Position numbers and translations under genes: made by a program
Notes under the pieces: model-generated
What the model saw: the letters and a program-made list of their open reading frames with translations, nothing else
Databases searched by the model: none
Told to the model about the DNA's origin: nothing
From: the human T2T-CHM13v2.0 reference genome, Homo sapiens
NCBI RefSeq assembly: GCF_009914755.1
Contig: NC_060928.1
DNA length: 64,000 nucleotides
Reading direction: 5' to 3' (one strand)
In this document: positions 57,448-64,000 of the stretch, piece after piece
Numbering within the stretch: the stretch's first letter is position 1
Layout: every line of letters starts with the position of its first letter

Positions 57448-59555
57448 AAATTCCAATTTTGGTTTAGATTTACTTCACTCTATACTGTAAGGAAAGAAAT
57501 TTCTAAGGCAGTGAGTAATACAAATTACAGGAATACAATATTACCAAAAATAAGCCTTGATAATTTCTCTATAAATATGACTATGTATTATGTGTATTAT
57601 GTAATGTAGTCATTATCCACTGCATTCTAAAATTAAGTTAACTCTCCTGAACATTTTTGTAGAAAGAACTGACAATGGTGATGGCTTATGCAAATAATAA
57701 CAGATCAATATCATTTCTCTTTGTACTTACAAAAAGTCATTTTATAAGTTAATAGATATATAGGGTATAAACAGAAACTTTTGTCTGAAAAACACCTTCA
57801 GAGAAAACCTTTTCTTATTATTATCTCAAAACACTTAATTTTATTTTATTCCAATTACAAAAATGTCCACTGATATTGAATAGTAGATGACATTTTTAAA
57901 TTTTTCTTCAAAATTTAAAATCATCACATCTCCTATTATGTGAAGTGCTACAATTTCGTCTCCACAAAATTGTTTTTAATGGCTTACCATGTTTTATCTT
58001 CCCTCTTATAGAAGGATTTGAAAGAAAACAGGGAGGTGATACTGTAGACTCAAGCTCTATTTATTTTTAAGCCCTACTGTTAATGAATTTTGCTAAAGGG
58101 CAGGTTGCAAATGTGAACCCGGAGTATTAATGCAAAATTATTCATTTAGCAAAATCATTCAAGTGAAAATGTGTAAGCAAATGATATCAAGTGAACCATT
58201 TACCCTGAAGGAAAAGCTGTCACTAATGCTTTACCTATCATCTTGTTTAAAGTTTCTGGCTTCAAATATATTTTTACATTTTTCTCTAATAATGGAGTAT
58301 CTCTTAACACCAGAAAGATGTGCCTAGTTTAATGGTGGGGTAGGAAGAGAGACTTGTTGACTTATGGATTTGAGAATACCACAAAATCTTTTAAGTCAAA
58401 TAGCAATTATCTTTATCCAGCTTCACCCCTGACCTCAGTCTTGCCCACTCTGGGCTAGTAGTATACTTGGAATCTGTGTTCTGCATAGCAGCAAATCAAT
58501 AATTGAATGCTCTATTGTATCTTCAGGAAATCAGGGGTTATAGGGAATTCTACAGACTATATGAAATCAGGACTTGTGATTACAAATGAAATATTATTGA
58601 GATCACAGATTTGGAGGAAACCTTAAATTATTTTACCAGTTTCTGGAAAGCATGTTCTAGTCTTTCCTTCCCTAATTTTATTAGAATAAATTCTGGCAAA
58701 ATTTGACTCTTTTTTGTTTTAAATACATGGTTTTGGAAAAAAAAGCTTCTCATAATTTTTCTGACCTTCATGCTTTAATTTAAATACATAATTTAAACAC
58801 ATATGTGTACATTTGATCATTATTCTTCTAGTAAATATTTTATTAAGCACAAACTGTGTCAGATATTGTGGTTGGTGCCAGTAACAATGATGACTTGCAC
58901 TTAGAGTCAAAAACAATATGAGAATTTGTAGATTCAAAAGAACGCTTGAACTCATCCAGCAAAGACACTTCATTTTATCATCAGGAAATCTCTCCCATTT
59001 TTGCTAGGGATTACTGACAAGAGAAACAGATTATTTTTCATACATTTAGGATGTGATACATCATTAGCATTGATTTTGTGCACAGTCATGAACTAAGTGC
59101 TGTGTATTAGTAGTGATCTTTATACAAATACTCAATTCATTTTCAGTTTTTAAAGAAATCATTATAAAATCCATAATATAAGAATGAATTTTATGTCTTA
59201 GTAGTTAGGTTGAAAAGTATGTGCATACTTATATTTTGGTTTGTTTGTTTTTGTAGAACATTATTCTGTTAGAATGGAAAGCATCTGTTCTCCTCTTCCA
59301 ACAAAGTATCAAATATAAAAGTTGTATTACTTTGGGTCAGAAAGAAAGGTATAGGGAAAAAAATGCCTATAAAATACGTAAGATCGCAAATTATATAAAT
59401 TCCTCAAGCTCCTTCCCACTAATTCTATCTCCACTTCAATGGACCTCTCCCAAAACATTAAATAGAGTATCAATCTCTTGGGAGTTAGGAAACAGACTTA
59501 AATAATTTTCTTCTGTCTTAATTAGTCCCATCTATATCCATTTATTATTTCAAAT

Positions 59556-60313
59556 TGATACAGGCAGGAAGCAAGAAAATACTGGGTGGAAGAGGGTGGT
59601 TTCCTGGCAAAGGCACCACCCTCAAGCCTGGAAACCCACAGCCCTAAATGAGAACAGGCATTCCTGTTTTTGCTCCTAAATTTTGCCTTTTGGCCTTCCA
59701 CACCCCTCTATCCTGTACCCATATACACCCCAAAACCCAGGCTACATGAGCAGATGAGCAGAAGAGCAGAGAAAAAGAAGAGTGGCACGGCAGAGAAGGA
59801 GAGAAGAGAAGGGGCATCTGAATGTCGAGAGGAGTTCAGCTGGGGATTGTTGGAGAAGAGATTGGCCACAGGATGGCCAAACTCCAGGGGAAGATTATCT
59901 TTCCACACCATCCCTTTTCCAGCTCCTTAACCATCCTACTGAGAGCCACCTCCACCACTCAATGAAATCTACACATTCACCATCCTTTAAGTCTGTGTGT
60001 GACCTGATTCTTCCTAGATGCAGGACAAGGTCCCGGGTATCAACAATGCACTGAGCTGGTTAACACTTAAGCTGTCTGCAGATGACAGAGCTAAAGGAGC
60101 ACTGTAACATGCCTACCAGGGCTTCAGGAATTACAGAAGCCCACCACTGGATGCTACCATGGCGCTAGATCCCAGAAGCTCTTGCCCCACTTCTGCACCT
60201 GTCCGTCTGCGTGCCCCCTCTCCTGTAAGGGTTTGAGAGTGTGGTGGCCCAACAAATGAGCCACATCCATGTTGTGAGGCCTGCAAAGGGGTTAAGGGAA
60301 CTGTCTCATTTAA
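59556..60313 (+). mobile_element. ERV1 solo LTR, MER50-like
   Basis: TGATACAGGCAGG..AAATACTGGGTGGAAGAGGG..CACCCTCAAGCCTGGA start; 4-bp TSD AAAT at 59552-55 and 60314-17. Confidence 0.88.
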
Positions 60314-60584
60314 AAATCAATAATTCTTTGATTCTTGACACTGCATTCTATATTCACATATTCTATAATATACATTTATGTACTAGGATTGTGGAATTTT
60401 ATATTCCCCTTATTAATAATTCAAAAAAATGTGTTTTGTTTTAAGTATGTAAAGTAGCTACAGGGCACTTTTCAATACCTCAACAGTATGTTGGTAGGTA
60501 TTTATTTTACATATATTATATGATTATTTAAATAAAAATATGCTTTATTTTCTGGAAGCAAATGGTAGTCCCTGAAATAAGAAA

Positions 60585-60790
60585 TAATAATATCTACTTT
60601 TTAAATACCTAATGTTTTTCAGAAACTGTATTATGTAATTTGCAGATGTTATTTCATTTAAAATAAATCTATTAGAAAATGTTACCCTCATTTTTCAAGA
60701 TAAAGAATTATACAAAAGGTTGATTACCCTTCTATTGAAAATAATTTTATCCTAATATTAGACTCAGATCCTTGTTTCCTCAAAGTTGTA
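60585..60790 (-). mobile_element. MIR fragment
   Basis: 'ttgcagatgttatttcatttaa', 'ccctcatttttcaagataaagaa' match the reverse MIR core. Confidence 0.55.
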
Positions 60791-62384
60791 TAAATATTTG
60801 ATCACAAATTATACTGTATTTTGGGGCACAAGTATTGTTTCAACTAAATAAAAAATCTTGCAATAATAATCATCCTTGGTAGTAAGCAATCATCACCTAT
60901 AATTTTAAGAATAACAAAATGATTCAGAAATTTTTGTCAATTTATAAATACATTAGCAAAGTGCATTTCATTTTTGAAAACTAACATTTTGGATTTCTGA
61001 AGAGCAGGAGTTGTTTCTGATTCATTATATGGTGAACCAAAAAGATGATGGTATGAGATCTACAGTAAAAACAAAAACAAAACCCAAAAGCAGCTTTAAA
61101 ACATTCAGATAATGTAAAAAGTAACTACCTGAACATTCTGGAGAATTAATAGAAGCTAAGAGACTCTGAGTATGCATACACACTTTGAGGTGTCGACTAA
61201 GAAAAGGCAAAAAACCACCCTGCAAAGCCGTATGACTACGCATTTACTCTGATCTCAGAAATTGCAATACAGAAGAAAGATTCCACTAGAAGCTAGGGTT
61301 CAGAAGAGAGAAAGGGGAGTGGGGACTTCTCAAAGGATACACTAAACAAATTGGTTTGAAAGAAATATCATTGATGAAGGTGGCTGGCTTAGCACATGAG
61401 TCCATAATTTATTGATTGTTAATGTTTAGCAGTTGCAGCGTTGGAGAATTTCAGCTGTAATTTAAACCCAGGCAAATATTTCTTGCTAAAATTAAGAAAA
61501 AATGCTCACCAAAGAAAAATAACAGAACCCAGAATTCCCATAATGTAACATTTTAGTATCATGAATACAATAAAAAACTAACTGTAATATGAAGAAAGAA
61601 AAAGTGTGCATCTCAAGTGCAAAGAATGTTAATTGAATCCAAAATTAAAAACAAGATGATGACACTAACAAACATCTTAATAAACTTGTAATTATTCTCA
61701 ATGAAACACGGTTTCAACAGATAAAAATCTCAGGTCTCAGTAAGGAACTGTCAAATCTTAGCAGACAAACATATACACAATGAAAAGAACCAAAGAAACA
61801 TTCCTAAGCTAAAAAAAAGGTTTGTCATTTCTAAAATGACAAAAATTAAAAAGCTGGGATTAAATAAAAGATCAATGCCACTCTCAGGGTGCTGTCCTTG
61901 CAGGGAAACTTGTTTAGGTCATATATAAAAATAAAGTGCAAATGAAATGGTGTTTCAGCATGCAATGAGAAGTATTCAGATAAGTTCATACTAAGCCAAC
62001 TTCTGTCAAAAGAAATCTAACATCAAAGTTTTCTATTACTAATTTGAGTTTTGAAGATATTGAATAAAATAGAAGTTGCTGTTAGAAAGGGTAAAAATCT
62101 TATTGAAAAAGATTAAAGGAATAAGATGATGAAGCAGTTCAGTTTTCTCATTAGCTATATTTTAAAATTCAACTCTGAATTATGTATATAAAGGAGGTGC
62201 ACTTATAAAATCAGGAAACATCTCAATATCAGAAATTAAGAGTAAAGCTAAATCAACCCACATATGATGAGTATACTTTAAAAACAACACAAAAGGAGAT
62301 ACAGTTTGTGAGAATTCAGAAGAAAGGTTATTCGTCTTAGGTCAGAATGAGTGGGTATTAAGGGGCATGATGATCTAGAAAACT

Positions 62385-62873
62385 TGAGGCAGGAGAACAG
62401 AGCCTGGAGGCAGACAGGGAACCTAAGGCTGCTTTGCACTGACTTCCTAGAACTGAATCAAAAGGAAGACCCACCCCTCCATGCCCAAGCAACAAAAGGA
62501 TCAGAGGCTACTCTCTTTGTAACCCCCACCTTTCCACTGCATGGCAGATGAAAAATGCAAAATATATCTGATTCGTACACTCTCACAACCAATCGGATTT
62601 GTTGCAGGACAAGTCTCCATTTATTAATACATAGATTATAACCAAGTATCTAATTGGAAACCTGTAGAGGGTACTTAAATCACAGAAGATTTTGCCAGTG
62701 ATCTTGAGCTGCTTGTACCAGCCCAATCCCAATCTTTGGAGTGCATTTTTTTTTTCAATAAATCTATGTTTTCGTTGCTTCATTCTTTGGTTGCTTTGTG
62801 TGTTTTGTCCAATTCTTTGTTCAAAACACCAAAAACCTGGACAAATTGTGGTCAAAACCTTCTACTGGTGACA
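62385..62873 (+). mobile_element. ERV1 solo LTR, MER51 family
   Basis: TGAGGCAGGAGAA..GGGAACCTAAGG..TGACTTCCTAGAACT start, AATAAA near 62757, end CTGGTGACA. Confidence 0.88.
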
Positions 62874-62959
62874 AGTTGTTAGAGGAGAATACAATTAGTA
62901 TCATCCTTGAAGATCTGTAGTTAGTAATGTATTAACTGTCAAATATAGAAAAATGCATT

Positions 62960-63500
62960 TGTTACAGATCGCAGGCTCAACTACTCACCACTTACAAAAC
63001 CAAAAAACCAGGACAAAGTGCGATGAAAGAAAAGTGATTTCAATTCCATAGCTAGAAGTGAAGAAATGGTCCAGGTTCTGGCCTTAAATAAATTATTTCA
63101 GCTTTTTGGGTCAAGGGTAAGGGGAGGTTGCTATGATAGGCATGCAGGAGTGATAAAGAGGTGCCAGTCTATGTGACTTGTTTCAGCAGCTACCTTGGGC
63201 TGTCTCATGGATGAATGGGCTGTCACCATCTTGGGTACAGCTGGGTTGCAAAGTGACTGCAGGCTTGAAGTAATGTTCAAGTGGGGGAGAATCCTGTAGT
63301 GGCCTTAATTGTTTCAAGATTTAGTCTCTGTAGCTTCTAAACAAACGCACAACTAGATAAGGGAAACATTGTGCAAAGGGGTGCCTGGTGAAAAGAAGAG
63401 CAAAGATTATCTCATTTTTGCAGAAAGAAGGAGAGTAAAGACTATTCTCTCCTTATTAAAGGCAAGACAACAAATGGGTAGAACAGAGAAAGACAGAGAG
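62960..63500 (-). mobile_element. ERV-type LTR (MER31/MER67-like)
   Basis: Starts 'tgttacagatcgcaggctcaactactcacc'; right boundary uncertain. Confidence 0.6.
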
Positions 63501-63520
63501 AGAAAAAACAACTTTTAAAA

Positions 63521-63849
63521 GTTTATTTTAATGTTTATTTGTTTATTTTGGAGGCAGAGTCTCCCTTTGTCACCCAGACTGGGGTGTAGTGGTGTGACCA
63601 TGCTCACTGCAGCCTATACCTCCCTGGCTCAAGCAATCCTCCTACCTCAGCTTCCCGAGTAACTGAGACTACAGTCATGTGCCACTGTGCCCAGTTCATT
63701 TTTTATTTTTGTTTTTATTTTATGTAAAGACTGGGTTTCACTATGTTGCCCAGGCTGGTCTTGAACTCCTGTTCTCAAGCAGTCATCCTGCCTCAGCCTC
63801 CCAAAGTGCTGGGATTATAGGGATGACTCACCATTCTTCACACCTGGCC
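63521..63849 (-). mobile_element. AluJ
   Basis: 'ctcactgcagcct..ggctcaagcaatcctcc', 'cactatgttgcccaggctgg'; near-TSD AAAAAA..AACTTTTAA. Confidence 0.93.
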
Positions 63850-64000
63850 TAAAAAAATAAACTTTTAAGCACACTCAATTATGTATTTTCTCTTAATATG
63901 TTTTTGAAATTTTTAATTCTAGTTTTGCTATTACAACCAATAGCATAATGTCATACTTGCAGATATACCGTGAAGTACCCTTCCAAGTATACCTATGGTT

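Overview
AT-rich primate (very probably human) genomic DNA, intergenic or deep intronic. I find no credible cellular protein-coding exon, tRNA/rRNA gene or CpG island. A large share of the window is interspersed repeats: about 15 Alu copies or fragments (several with target-site duplications, TSDs), L1s from young (L1PA2) to ancient (L1M), ERV1/ERVL/MaLR solo LTRs, an ERVL pol relic, L2, MIR and a MER20 DNA transposon. The ORFs with recognisable products are L1, Alu or ERV fragments; the rest look like chance or simple-repeat frames. Three structures stand out. (1) A near-perfect 17 x 40-bp minisatellite arose inside an old MER20 and multiplies GATA and AGGTCA-type motifs. (2) A 5'-inverted, internally deleted L1PA2 places the antisense promoter and an open ORF0 directly upstream of, and co-oriented with, the element's own 3' end and poly(A) signal. 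(3) Two older L1s also carry twin-priming inversions. Subfamily names come from remembered consensus sequences and need RepeatMasker/Dfam confirmation. I cannot demonstrate a wholly new biological system here.
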